In this document: positions 11,213 to 21,092 of the stretch, in pieces
How positions within the stretch are numbered: position 1 is the first letter of the stretch
Layout of the letters: every line of letters starts with the position of its first letter
NCBI GenBank assembly: GCA_015485155.1
Contig: WFUF01000002.1
Span: forward strand, 69,735-133,734
Direction of reading: 5' to 3'
DNA from: Robiginitomaculum sp.
GTDB taxonomy: Bacteria; Pseudomonadota; Alphaproteobacteria; Caulobacterales; Maricaulaceae
Length of the DNA stretch: 64,000 nucleotides
Translations under genes and position numbers: made by a program
The notes under the pieces: model-generated
Told to the model about the DNA's origin: nothing
Database searches by the model: none
The model's input: only the letters and a program-made list of their open reading frames with translations

Positions 11213-13065
11213 TCAAATTCTCCATCAGGATCTGGTTCTACAAGTCCAATTATCTTTGCCTCTGGAAAGGCCTGTAATACGGTTTGCACCTCCATGTCAG
11301 ACATAATTTTTGTATGTTCACGTTGTTTTGCCTCGCGGCGCGCATTGGCAACTGTTACTTTGCCTTTGGCTGTGTGCTCCTGATCAAGCAGCCAGCGCTG
11401 GCCAGTGATTTGCTGTAATTGCCGTGACAGCTCAGCCGCCAGATTGGGCGGCGCACCATCTTCGGCAGAAAAACTTATGGCACCTGGTTGATAGCTGATA
11501 AGCCGGACATATTGCTCCAATTGATTTAACAGGTGCAATTCACGGTTTTCTTCCAGATATTGTAATAATTGCTCAAATGATTGCGGTGCATCCGGTGTTA
11601 GCACGGTGGCAGAAACTGGTTCTGCCGCAGATTCTATACGCGCTGGCTGGGCCGCAGATGATGTGTTGGTAGATGGCGGTTTGGCTGAGTAATCTGATGT
11701 TTGTGGCTGTGGCCGGGGATTGGTCATCAGGTTTTGTGTGCCCGGTACCGATTTGTGCGCCTGTGTCTGGGTCTGGGTGCCGACAGCTGGTTTTTCCCTG
11801 GAGTTTGCCGGTGTGTCTGTTTGTCCAAGCAATAATCTGGCCGAGTGTTCAGGCCCCGGCAGGTTCATTGCCACACAAAGCCTGATCAGGGCCATTTCAG
11901 TAGCGGCCAGTGAATCGGAGGCAATCCTGATCTCGTTGGCGGCCTTTAGTAATATCTGCCAGCTTCGCGATAATTGTCCCATGGAAAATTCATCAGCAAG
12001 CGTGCGCACCAATTGTGCACCGGAGCCATATTGCGATAAATCTGCCGCCTCGCCCAGAGCTTTGGCCCGAGTGACCTGATGGCAATGATCAAGAAGGTCG
12101 GAGACAATCACTACAGGATCCGCACCCAAATCGTATTGTTCGCGCAATTCGGTAAGTACAGCTGATATATCAGCGCGTAATGCCAGAGCCAATAATTGTA
12201 AAATCCTGCCCCTGTCGGCCAGTCCAAGCATAATTCTGATGTTCTCGGCATCCACTTCTTCTGTGCCGTCAGCCTGCACCAGCGCCTGATCAAGAATGGA
12301 TAGTGCATCGCGTACCGAGCCTTCGGAGGCTCTGGCGATCAAAACCAGCCCTTCGCGAGATACTTTGCGGTTCTCTGTTTTGCAGATGCGTTGTAAATGC
12401 TCAACCATTGTCTCAGTATCGACTCTGGACAAATCAAAACGCTGACAGCGTGAAAGTATTGTAACTGGTACTTTTCTGATCTCGGTGGTGGCCAGAATGA
12501 AAATAGCGTGAGGCGGCGGCTCTTCCAAGGTTTTTAGCAGAGCATTAAATGCCGGTTTGGACAGCATATGCACTTCGTCAATGATATAAACCTTATAGCG
12601 CGCTGATACTGGTGCATAGCGCACACTGTCCAGTATTTCCCTGATATCGCCAATACCGGTGTGACTGGCGGCATCCATTTCCATCACATCCATATGCCGG
12701 GATGCAGATATCTCCGCGCAATGGATGCCAGAAGGGGATAATTGCATTGATGGCGCATCAATCTCATCGCTTTGATAGTTCAATGCCCGCGCCAGTAATC
12801 GTGCAGTAGTGGTTTTGCCAACTCCCCGAACCCCGGTCAGCATAAAGGCATGAGCTATTCGCCCTGCTGCAAAGGCATTGGTCAGGGTGTGAACCATTGT
12901 CTGCTGCCCGATAAGGTCATCAAAATTATCAGGCCGGTATTTGCGTGCCAATACCTGATAGGCAGGCGGTGCGCTTGGCATTGCGCTATCGTCAAACATG
13001 CTGCCCTGATCAGGATCAATCGGATCAGGTTGCAGGTTGTCGGTATCAGGATCAGATTCGCTCAT
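11209..13065 (-). CDS. dnaX: DNA polymerase III subunit gamma/tau
   Basis: Walker [10 protein letters not shown] and clamp-loader boxes ([14 protein letters not shown]). I start it at ATG 13065 because the track's extension to 13197 runs through the SRP RNA gene. Confidence 0.93.
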   Translation of the reverse strand: MSESDPDTDNLQPDPIDPDQGSMFDDSAMPSAPPAYQVLARKYRPDNFDDLIGQQTMVHTLTNAFAAGRIAHAFMLTGVRGVGKTTTARLLARALNYQSDEIDAPSMQLSPSGIHCAEISASRHMDVMEMDAASHTGIGDIREILDSVRYAPVSARYKVYIIDEVHMLSKPAFNALLKTLEEPPPHAIFILATTEIRKVPVTILSRCQRFDLSRVDTETMVEHLQRICKTENRKVSREGLVLIARASEGSVRDALSILDQALVQADGTEEVDAENIRIMLGLADRGRILQLLALALRADISAVLTELREQYDLGADPVVIVSDLLDHCHQVTRAKALGEAADLSQYGSGAQLVRTLADEFSMGQLSRSWQILLKAANEIRIASDSLAATEMALIRLCVAMNLPGPEHSARLLLGQTDTPANSREKPAVGTQTQTQAHKSVPGTQNLMTNPRPQPQTSDYSAKPPSTNTSSAAQPARIESAAEPVSATVLTPDAPQSFEQLLQYLEENRELHLLNQLEQYVRLISYQPGAISFSAEDGAPPNLAAELSRQLQQITGQRWLLDQEHTAKGKVTVANARREAKQREHTKIMSDMEVQTVLQAFPEAKIIGLVEPDPDGEFE

Positions 13066-13100
13066 GTCATGAAAATGCAAGTTACCGGAGCGAAGAGCAA

Positions 13101-13197
13101 GTGGAGACTGAACGACAACCCGAGAAAATCTCGTTGCGGCTGCTTCCTTCCGGACCTGACCGGGTTGGCGAGGGTCTCGTCCGCCGCCAGTCTCCAC
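13101..13197 (-). ncRNA. ffs: Signal recognition particle RNA (4.5S / small SRP RNA)
   Basis: The minus strand reads GTGGAGACTG...CCGGTCAGGTCCGGAAGGAAGCAGCCGCAA...CAGTCTCCAC. This is the universally conserved domain IV motif GGUCAGGUCCGGAAGGAAGCAGCC, closed by a perfect 10-bp terminal helix. It sits just upstream of dnaX, which is the usual linkage. Confidence 0.9.
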
Positions 13198-13395
13198 TGG
13201 TTATATAGTCTTTACCTGTTTGTTTTGGAAGTCATGAAAGACAGAAAATTCACAAAGCTGTTTATCCTTGGCACATGCTATTGCATTTCACGCCGGTGCC
13301 GCTATAACGCCCACTTCACCCCCGTCGGGCCAATGGCATGCCTTGTCGGGTTTATTAGCACCTTCCTCATTGTGAGGAAATTACAGGAGAGCAAA

Positions 13396-13593
13396 ATGCC
13401 GAAGATGAAGACCAAGAGCGGCGTTAAAAAACGCTTTAAGCTCACCGCCTCTGGCAAGGTGAAGAGCGCCCAGGCCGGAAAACGGCATGGCATGATTAAA
13501 CGCACCCCGAAACAGATCCGCAACAAGCGCGGAACTGCGGTTTTGGCTGCACCTGATGCCAAAAGTATCAAACGGTTCATGCCTTACGGCTGA
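13396..13593 (+). CDS. rpmI: 50S ribosomal protein L35
   Basis: [23 protein letters not shown]... ATG 13396 is preceded by AGGAGA. The 247-aa track ORF is an artefactual upstream extension. Confidence 0.95.
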   Translation: MPKMKTKSGVKKRFKLTASGKVKSAQAGKRHGMIKRTPKQIRNKRGTAVLAAPDAKSIKRFMPYG

Positions 13594-13637
13594 ATCTTTT
13601 TTCCGTTTTCATTTATTTCTTTTAGGAGCGCAATCTT

Positions 13638-13994
13638 ATGTCACGCGTAAAACGGGGCGTTACCAGCCACGCCCGTCACAAAAAAGTTCTCGATAAAGCC
13701 AAAGGTTATCGCGGTGCCCGCCGCACCCAGATCAAAGTTGCAAAACAGGCAGTGGACAAGGCAGGACAATATGCCTATCGCGACCGCAAGGTACGCAAGC
13801 GTAATTTCCGCAAGCTATGGATCACCAGAATTAATGCGGCCAGCCGCATGCATGACATGACCTATGGCTCATTTATCAATGGTTTGACCCGCGCCGGGAT
13901 TGAAGTGGATCGGAAAGTAATGTCTGATCTGGCCATTCATGAACCAGCGGCCTTTGCCAAACTGGTGGAAAAAGCCAAAGCAGCGCTGGCATAA
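13638..13994 (+). CDS. rplT: 50S ribosomal protein L20
   Basis: [18 protein letters not shown]..., the canonical L20 N-terminus. It follows rpmI. Confidence 0.96.
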   Translation: MSRVKRGVTSHARHKKVLDKAKGYRGARRTQIKVAKQAVDKAGQYAYRDRKVRKRNFRKLWITRINAASRMHDMTYGSFINGLTRAGIEVDRKVMSDLAIHEPAAFAKLVEKAKAALA

Positions 13995-14078
13995 CAGCCG
14001 AAAAGCTGATTTTTCCATCCGTCCCCCAGCCTGCGGGGACGTCCTCGCGGGCATTATCTTAAGATTAGAGTCTTGCCC

Positions 14079-15182
14079 ATGAAAGATCTGCAAAACATTC
14101 AAAGCCGAGTAATGCAGGCAATTGCTGATGCTTCTGATCTGGCCGAGCTTGATCAGGTTAGGGTTTCGGCGTTGGGCAAAAAGGGCGAAGTTTCCCTGCT
14201 TATGCGCACATTAGGCTCAATGAGCCCTGATGAGCGCAAGCAGTTCGGGCCAAAACTAAATACCTTAAAAGACGAATTAAACAAGGCTGTGCTTCTGCGC
14301 CGTGAGGCGCTAGAAACCAAGCTCTTAAACGCTCGTCTGGCTTCAGAAACTTTAGATGTTACCCTGCCGCCATTGTCGCGTCCAATGGGGAGTATACACC
14401 CGGTTTCTCAGGTTTTTGCCGAAGTTACAGCTATTTTTGCCGATATGGGTTTTGTGACTGCTACCGGCCCGGATATTGAAACTGATTTTTATAATTTTAC
14501 CGCGCTGAACTTTCCACCTAAGCACCCGGCGCGGGATATGCATGATACGTTTTTCTTTGAATCTAAGGAAGATGGGACTAGAAAACTGCTGCGCACCCAT
14601 ACCTCTCCGGTACAAATCCGCACCCTGCAGGCGGCCGCCAGACAGGCTGAACAATCCGGATCAGAATTAGAGCCGATTCGCATTATTGCACCGGGACGTA
14701 CCTATCGTTGTGACAGTGATCAAACCCATACCCCCATGTTTCACCAGGTCGAAGGTCTGGTAATTGATAAAACCACCCATATGGGACACCTTAAGGGCTG
14801 TTTACAGGACTTTATTTCAGCCTTTTTTGAACGGGATGTAAGCTCCCGTTTTCGCCCACATCATTTTCCGTTTACCGAGCCGTCGGCTGAAATGGATATT
14901 GGCTATGAGCGCAAGGGAGATGAAATTCTCATTGGGCAGGGCGAGCAATGGATGGAAATTCTAGGCTGTGGCATGGTTCACCCAGAAGTCTTGCGCCTTA
15001 GCGGGGTTGATCCTGATATTTATCAGGGTTTTGCTTTTGGTGTCGGAATTGACAGGCTGGCCATGCTAAAATACGGGATTCCCGATTTGCGGGACTTTTT
15101 TGCCTGTGACCAAAGATGGTTGCAGCATTATGGCTTTTTGCCGGTTCATCAACCAAATCTGGCGACGGGGCTGTCCTCATGA
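14079..15182 (+). CDS. pheS: Phenylalanine--tRNA ligase alpha subunit
   Basis: Class II synthetase core ([39 protein letters not shown]). The ATG at 14079 is preferred over the TTG at 14073. Confidence 0.95.
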   Translation: MKDLQNIQSRVMQAIADASDLAELDQVRVSALGKKGEVSLLMRTLGSMSPDERKQFGPKLNTLKDELNKAVLLRREALETKLLNARLASETLDVTLPPLSRPMGSIHPVSQVFAEVTAIFADMGFVTATGPDIETDFYNFTALNFPPKHPARDMHDTFFFESKEDGTRKLLRTHTSPVQIRTLQAAARQAEQSGSELEPIRIIAPGRTYRCDSDQTHTPMFHQVEGLVIDKTTHMGHLKGCLQDFISAFFERDVSSRFRPHHFPFTEPSAEMDIGYERKGDEILIGQGEQWMEILGCGMVHPEVLRLSGVDPDIYQGFAFGVGIDRLAMLKYGIPDLRDFFACDQRWLQHYGFLPVHQPNLATGLSS

Positions 15183-17569
15183 AATTCACCCTGTCTTGGC
15201 TAAAGGAACACCTTGAAACAGATGCAACGCTTGAGCAAATCGTTGCAGCAATGACCATGGCTGGTCTTGAAGTTGAAGAGGTCATTGATCCGGCTGAAAA
15301 ACTTAGCTCATTTACGGTTGGCAGAGTGCTGTCTGCTGAACAACACCCTGATGCCGATCGCTTACGGGTTTGTCAGGTGGAGACGATTGAAGGCGTTAAA
15401 CAAATCGTTTGCGGCGCACCCAATGCCAGAGCTGATATTTGGGTCGCCTTTGCCCCGGTGGGGGCCTATGTTCCGGGAATTGATGTAACCTTAAAATCTG
15501 CCAAAATCCGCGGTGTTGAGAGTTTTGGCATGATGTGCTCGGCCAAAGAGCTGGAACTGGGCGAAGATCATGACGGCATTTTAGAACTGTCGGCAGATAA
15601 CCTGAAAGTCGGACAATTAGTGTCTGATGTCATGGGCTTAAATGATACGGTTATTGATTTTGAAGTAACCCCAAACCGGCCCGACTGGCTGGGAGTAAAT
15701 TCAATTGCCCGTGATCTGGCAGCTGCCGGCCTTGGCAGCTTGATCGAAACCCCGATTGTACCGATTGCCGGGAAGTTTCCCTGTCCACAGGAAGTTATCA
15801 TTGATGACAGTAATGCTTGTCCGGCTTTTGCTGGTCGGGTAATTCGCGGCGTAAAAAACGGCCCTTCCCCGGATTGGGTGCAAAGACGCCTTCGTGCCAT
15901 TGGTTTGCGCCCAATTAGTGCCTTGGTCGATATAACCAATTTAATGTCATATGACCGGGATCGTCCCTTGCATGTTTATGACTTGGCCAAGCTGTCAGGG
16001 CCAATTCGGGCCCGGCTTGGAACCGGCGACGAGCGTTTGCAAGCTCTTGATGACAAGAGCTATGATATCGGGTCGGACATGTGTGTCATTGCCGATGACA
16101 ACGGCGCCATTGGTCTTGGCGGGGTCATGGGCGGCAGTAGTACCGCCGTTGATGAAAATACCAAAGACGTATTTATTGAATGTGCCTTGTTTGATCCGCA
16201 AATAACCATGCAGACCGGACGGGATACCGGCATAACATCAGATGCACGCTATCGTTTTGAGCGCGGGGTCGATAGTGGTTTTGTATTAGATGGAATTGAA
16301 CTTGCAACTAGGCTGGTATTGGATTGGTGCGGCGGTGAGCCGTCCGAAGTCACGCTGGCGGGCGAAATTCCCCCGGCCCCAGCCCCAGTGGATTTTGAGT
16401 TGAAACAGGTAAAACGTCTAACCGGGTTAAATTTAGATGAGAGCCAAATCCGCAATATTCTACAGCTGCTTGGTTTTGAATGTGCGCAGGTTAAAAACGG
16501 CCACATGCTGGTCAATATACCAAGCTGGCGCCGTGATGTAACCGGTGCTGCCGATCTGGTTGAGGAAGTGGTTCGCATTCACGGGTTTGATAAATTACCA
16601 GCCCAGTCCTTAACCCGTCTGCCCGGACAATTACCACCAAAACCGGCTTTGGCCCAGCGCCAGGCTCATGCTATGCGTTATGCGCTGGCAGGCCTTGGGT
16701 TTAATGAATGTGTCACCTGGTCATTTTGCGATCAAAAGCATGCCAAAGCTTTTTGCGGCGGCAGTGATGAACTGGTATTGGCCAATCCAATCAGTTCAGA
16801 GTTGGACTGCATGCGGCCATCAATTTTGATCCATTTATTACTGGCAGCCCAGCGTAATAGTGATCATGGGCAGCAAAACCTGTCCTTGTTCGAGGTCGGG
16901 CCGGTATATAAGGGTGATGCTCCTGAAGATCAGCTTTTGTGTGCCGCAGGAATTATTACCGCCGGAACAATCCGCCATTGGCAGGGCAATAGCAAGGCCA
17001 ATGTGTTTACGGCCAAAGATGCTGCCTTACAGGCCTTGATTGCAGCTGGAGCCGGGTTGCAAAGCCTGCAAACCTATACTGATACATCCAGCTATTGGCA
17101 TCCGGGTCGATCGGGTGCCTTGCGGCTCGGGCCAAAAAACACTTTGGCCGAATTTGGCGAATTGCATCCAGCAGCACTAAAGGCCTTAAAAGTGGACGGG
17201 CCGGTATATGGTTTTGAAATATGGCCGACAAACATTCCGCCTGCGCGCAAAAACAAGATCAGCCGTTCGGCTTTGCTGCGCCATGATTTGCTGGCTGTGT
17301 CCCGTGACTTTGCCTTTGTGGTTCCGGAAAGTGTTAGTGCACAGGATCTGGTGCGCAGCGCCCGGGGTGCTGATAAGAAGCTGATCTGCGATGTGCAGGT
17401 TTTTGACATATATGCAGGCAAAGGCATCGAGGATGGTTTTAAGTCGGTGGCCATCGAAGTACAGTTGCAACCCCTTGATCACACTTTGACCGATACGGAA
17501 ATAGATGCGGTTTCAAAGAAAATAATTGCCAAGGTTGAAGGTGCTACCAAGGGGTTTTTAAGGACTTGA
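15179..17569 (+). CDS. pheT: Phenylalanine--tRNA ligase beta subunit
   Basis: Canonical N-terminus [12 protein letters not shown], with tRNA-binding, B3/4, B5 and FDX-ACB regions. ATG 15179 overlaps the pheS stop (ATGA). Confidence 0.95.
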   Translation: MKFTLSWLKEHLETDATLEQIVAAMTMAGLEVEEVIDPAEKLSSFTVGRVLSAEQHPDADRLRVCQVETIEGVKQIVCGAPNARADIWVAFAPVGAYVPGIDVTLKSAKIRGVESFGMMCSAKELELGEDHDGILELSADNLKVGQLVSDVMGLNDTVIDFEVTPNRPDWLGVNSIARDLAAAGLGSLIETPIVPIAGKFPCPQEVIIDDSNACPAFAGRVIRGVKNGPSPDWVQRRLRAIGLRPISALVDITNLMSYDRDRPLHVYDLAKLSGPIRARLGTGDERLQALDDKSYDIGSDMCVIADDNGAIGLGGVMGGSSTAVDENTKDVFIECALFDPQITMQTGRDTGITSDARYRFERGVDSGFVLDGIELATRLVLDWCGGEPSEVTLAGEIPPAPAPVDFELKQVKRLTGLNLDESQIRNILQLLGFECAQVKNGHMLVNIPSWRRDVTGAADLVEEVVRIHGFDKLPAQSLTRLPGQLPPKPALAQRQAHAMRYALAGLGFNECVTWSFCDQKHAKAFCGGSDELVLANPISSELDCMRPSILIHLLLAAQRNSDHGQQNLSLFEVGPVYKGDAPEDQLLCAAGIITAGTIRHWQGNSKANVFTAKDAALQALIAAGAGLQSLQTYTDTSSYWHPGRSGALRLGPKNTLAEFGELHPAALKALKVDGPVYGFEIWPTNIPPARKNKISRSALLRHDLLAVSRDFAFVVPESVSAQDLVRSARGADKKLICDVQVFDIYAGKGIEDGFKSVAIEVQLQPLDHTLTDTEIDAVSKKIIAKVEGATKGFLRT

Positions 17570-18213
17570 GCAGGGATTTGCATCTAAAACTTGCAAAGTC
17601 ACCACCAGCAGAACAGGAACAGGCCCTGCTGGAGTTTGTGCTGGATAATCCAGTAAACACTGAAATCCTAAGGCGTATTCCTGATCTGCCTTTGCCGCAG
17701 GGCATGTTGGTATCGGGATGTTTGTATCAAAGTGTCTGGAATGGTCTGTTAGGGCATGACCCCAAATATGGTATTCTTGATTATGATCTGGCCTATTTTG
17801 ATGATAGCGATCTGTCTTATGAAGCTGAAGACGTAATAATCAAAACTTGCGCTGCTGCCTTTGCTGATCTGGATGCAGACATAGAGGTGCGCAATCAAGC
17901 ACGTGTGCATCTTTGGTTCAAAGATCATTTTGGACTTGATTACGCGCCACTTACCAATGCGGCCCACGCCTTGTCGCGTTATATGTCGCCATGCAATGCG
18001 GTGGCTGTTGAACCGGATGCTTATGGTAATTTTACAATCCATGCACCATTTGGTTTTGACGATATCTTTGGGTTTGTGGTGCGACCAAGAACCGATGGCA
18101 CGCAAATTTCCACCAGCTCTTACACCGAAAAGACCACTCGCATGAAAACCCTGTGGCCGGAATTAACGATTGTGCCTTTGGCTCCTGATAAGCAACACTA
18201 CAAATGCGTATAG
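17566..18213 (+). CDS. Nucleotidyltransferase-family protein (NTP_transf_6-like, function unknown)
   Basis: The pattern GCLYQSVWN..GILDYDLAYFDD resembles the minimal polymerase-beta-type nucleotidyltransferase G[SC]...DxD signature. The only upstream start is a TTG overlapping the pheT stop. The family assignment is from memory. Confidence 0.65.
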   Translation: MSRDLHLKLAKSPPAEQEQALLEFVLDNPVNTEILRRIPDLPLPQGMLVSGCLYQSVWNGLLGHDPKYGILDYDLAYFDDSDLSYEAEDVIIKTCAAAFADLDADIEVRNQARVHLWFKDHFGLDYAPLTNAAHALSRYMSPCNAVAVEPDAYGNFTIHAPFGFDDIFGFVVRPRTDGTQISTSSYTEKTTRMKTLWPELTIVPLAPDKQHYKCV

Positions 18214-18217
18214 ATCG

Positions 18218-19351
18218 ATGAAGTCAACGAAAATGCCTGCGCTTTTCATTACCAGCCCGGTTTTTTCAAGTGCGGAATGGGGCAGCAATCATCCTTTGGC
18301 CATTTCTCGGCACAGCACAGTGGTTTCATTGTGCAAAATATTTGGCTGGCTCCCACCTTCTGCGGTGCGTATTGCCAAAGCTGCAAGCGCGCAGACTTTG
18401 CAAGAGTTTCATGACCCTGATTATATTGCTGCATTTCAGCAGGTTTGCGAAAGCGGAAAAGTCAGCGCCCATATTCGCCAGAAATACCAACTGGGAACAA
18501 TGGAAAACCCCATATTCACCGGCCTGTTTGAACGAGCGGCAACTACGGTTGGCGGCTCTATATTAGCCGCAAAATTGGCGATGAAGGGCCATGTGGTCTA
18601 TCACCCTGCTGGTGGTACACATCATGGCCGCGCCGACAAGGCCTCCGGCTTTTGTTATTTTAATGATCCTGTTTTTGCGATTGGGGCCTTACTTGCTGGC
18701 GGCAAAAACCGGGTGGCCTATATTGATCTGGATGCCCATCATGGTGACGGCGTTGAAGATGCGTTTTTGGTCGATCCACGCGTATTAACGGTGTCCATTC
18801 ACGAAGAAAATCGCTGGCCATATAGTGGTAAATTAGGGAACACAGGAGCGGACGGAACGGCTTGCAATTTACCTGTACCCAAAGGAATAAATGACACGGA
18901 GCTGGATTTTTTGATGCAAAAGATTGTATTGCCATTACTTTATGAATTTGGGCCTGAGGCTGTGGTTATCACTTGCGGTGCTGATGCCCTGGCCAAAGAT
19001 CCTCTATCTGGCATGCAACTTAGTAATATTGCTCTTTGGAAAGCAGTTAAACAGCTTGTGGAGCTAGTGCCGGGGGCCGTTGTGCTTGGGGGTGGTGGGT
19101 ATAACCCGTGGACAGTGGCCCGCTGCTGGGCTGGATTATGGGGCGTGCTCAGCCAACAAATATTGCCGCAAACCTTGCCGGCATCTGCACGTCACTTGCT
19201 TGATGAACTGCAATGCGATCTTGTTGATGAAGACGAGATTGAGCCGCAATGGCTGACCCATTTGCAAGATCAACCAAATGAGGGTTTGGTACGCGAATAT
19301 TTTGAGCAATTATGTCAGCACAATAATTTATCCAAGCAACCAAGCGCGTAA
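18218..19351 (+). CDS. Histone deacetylase-family (AcuC/AphA-like) deacetylase
   Basis: Zinc and active-site motifs HHGRADKASGFCYFND, DLDAHHGDGVEDAF and GGGGYN. ATG at 18218. Confidence 0.85.
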   Translation: MKSTKMPALFITSPVFSSAEWGSNHPLAISRHSTVVSLCKIFGWLPPSAVRIAKAASAQTLQEFHDPDYIAAFQQVCESGKVSAHIRQKYQLGTMENPIFTGLFERAATTVGGSILAAKLAMKGHVVYHPAGGTHHGRADKASGFCYFNDPVFAIGALLAGGKNRVAYIDLDAHHGDGVEDAFLVDPRVLTVSIHEENRWPYSGKLGNTGADGTACNLPVPKGINDTELDFLMQKIVLPLLYEFGPEAVVITCGADALAKDPLSGMQLSNIALWKAVKQLVELVPGAVVLGGGGYNPWTVARCWAGLWGVLSQQILPQTLPASARHLLDELQCDLVDEDEIEPQWLTHLQDQPNEGLVREYFEQLCQHNNLSKQPSA

Positions 19352-19438
19352 AGGCTGTCTAACCGAAGCTCAACATTGTATCTATTTTGCAGAATCATTC
19401 CCTGACATTTGCAATCAACGGCCAATAGCATTATCTAT

Positions 19439-20233
19439 ATGGACTCAGTCATTGAATTAAATTTCATAATTATGCCGTTTTTTGCTATAGTATTACTTAT
19501 CCTGTTCTCTTTTCAGTTATCAAATCTGAATTTTATTAAAACTGATTCTTATGAAGTTTTAGAGCCTGAAAAATATTTTGAAACACCAGCTCATATGATG
19601 AATTGTAGCCAAGATGTAGATTGCCCAGAATATGCAGAGGCTTTATTTTGGGCTGCGGCCAAAATTTTATCAGAAGCAGATTACAAAAGCAGTACGATAG
19701 AAGGGGCGAATTTAAATTCTACAAATACTCAATCAGGTGGGAAGGATTTAGGGAAACAGGTGTTCCCATATGAAGTCAATTCTGACACTGCTTTTCAAAA
19801 TTATATGACAAACGAAAGTGACTTCCAACGTGGGCTTGCAATGTTGAAAAAAGCGGACAATGCTGGCAGTCTGTATGCGTCCAATGAATTGGGCTTATTA
19901 TACATGAAGCACAAGCCTATTCAGGATTTATCTTTAGCAGAGATGTACTTTAGGCGTTCGGTGGATAACGGCGACTTTCTTGGAGCTTATAACCTGGCGC
20001 GTATAGTTCGCAAACGTAACCCTGAAGATAACAGAGCGATTATAGAACATTTAAAACTGGCACGCCAAACAAATACAGAGAGTATGACTGTTTCTTATAT
20101 GTTAGGCTTGGAGGCTTTTGGTACAGAGCGCGAAAAATTGTTTGCCAAGATTTACTTTATAATAAAGCCCAAAATGAAATCCTATTACGACTACGAATTC
20201 AAAAAGAATTTTGGACTCATTGAACAGGAATAA
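19439..20233 (+). CDS. Sel1/TPR-like repeat protein with N-terminal hydrophobic segment
   Basis: Sel1-type repeats (AGSLYASNELGLLYMKH..., NGDFLGAYNLARIV). N-terminal hydrophobic helix PFFAIVLLILFSF. The start is ambiguous (TTG 19409, ATG 19439, ATG 19472). The gene is visibly AT-richer than its flanks. Confidence 0.6.
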   Translation: MDSVIELNFIIMPFFAIVLLILFSFQLSNLNFIKTDSYEVLEPEKYFETPAHMMNCSQDVDCPEYAEALFWAAAKILSEADYKSSTIEGANLNSTNTQSGGKDLGKQVFPYEVNSDTAFQNYMTNESDFQRGLAMLKKADNAGSLYASNELGLLYMKHKPIQDLSLAEMYFRRSVDNGDFLGAYNLARIVRKRNPEDNRAIIEHLKLARQTNTESMTVSYMLGLEAFGTEREKLFAKIYFIIKPKMKSYYDYEFKKNFGLIEQE

Positions 20234-20341
20234 TTCGCTTGATTTCCAAAGAGCCAAGGCCGTTTAACAGCATCATATAACCAAATTCAAACAGATATAC
20301 CCACTAGGCGCGGAAAATGTTTTGTAACAGATTCCACAATT

Positions 20342-20956
20342 TTACAATGGAATAAACCGGCGTTTTTTGGAATAAGCCAGATAGCCCACATTGGCCCCAA
20401 GGCGAAGGCCGACACCGGTTCTAACTGGTGCCAGGGTTATAGTATCGGATCGCTGATAGTTAACGCCCATTCCCGCCACCAGATAGGCAGTTCCCTCAAC
20501 ACCGGGAAAGCGTTGGTAGATTTGCTCAATGTTTTGCATATTATAGACTAGGGTAAACACTTTGGAGCCGTTGCCTCCTGCATCCCAGCCAACAGAAGGC
20601 CCGCGCCAGAAAACCTTTGTCTGTGAGCCGTCGGCCATTTGCAATATCCCTTGGCCATAGCGCAGGCCAACTACGATGGCTGCAGAGGCTTCGGAACCGT
20701 AAATATAGCCAACGGGCTGTCCAAGGTCACGAAAAACCCGCTCAACCACGGATCCGGCAGCCTCAGAAGTCACGCCGAAATAATCTGACATTGCGGAGGT
20801 GATTTCACGCCGATCAAAGCTTGATCTTTGTTGGTTGGGTTGTGCCGTAGCCTGTGGTTCGGCCTGAGGGTCGGCCTCTGCCCTGTTTAGAACCACTGCC
20901 GGTGTCAGGAATAGCAACAGTAATAGGCCAAAAACAATAGCAGGACGAAAACGCAT
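20342..20956 (-). CDS. DUF1134-domain periplasmic protein (EipA-like)
   Basis: Signal peptide plus a conserved core (GYIYGSEASAAIVVGLRYGQG...GPSVGWDAGGNGSKVF...) that I recognise as the alphaproteobacterial DUF1134 family. Confidence 0.78.
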   Translation of the reverse strand: MRFRPAIVFGLLLLLFLTPAVVLNRAEADPQAEPQATAQPNQQRSSFDRREITSAMSDYFGVTSEAAGSVVERVFRDLGQPVGYIYGSEASAAIVVGLRYGQGILQMADGSQTKVFWRGPSVGWDAGGNGSKVFTLVYNMQNIEQIYQRFPGVEGTAYLVAGMGVNYQRSDTITLAPVRTGVGLRLGANVGYLAYSKKRRFIPL

Positions 20957-21092
20957 TGGATTACCTCTTAATCAAAAGATATTGGGGCCGATTGTCACGG
21001 CAAAACCTTAGCAAGCGGTGAATGAACACAAGATGAGCAAAACTGTTCGAGTTAGCTTGCTTTAACTTGGCTTTGAATGTTATTTGCCGCCC

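Noticed and set aside
10526-11306. Plus-strand ORFs 10526-10894, 10759-10989 and 10899-11306
   Set aside because: They are antisense shadows of recR, ybaB and the dnaX 3' end.
11209-13065. Programmed frameshift site for a gamma subunit in dnaX
   Set aside because: I found no A-rich slippery heptamer (A AAA AAG-like) in the coding strand, so there is no sequence support for frameshifting.
12850-13593. 247-aa plus-strand ORF
   Set aside because: Only its last 65 codons (from ATG 13396, after AGGAGA) are real; they encode L35. The rest is antisense to dnaX and ffs and then runs through intergenic DNA.
14021-14040. Hairpin GTCCCC-N8-GGGGAC after rplT as a terminator
   Set aside because: The stem is short, the loop is 8 nt and no U-tract follows. 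pheS starts about 40 nt later and is probably co-transcribed.
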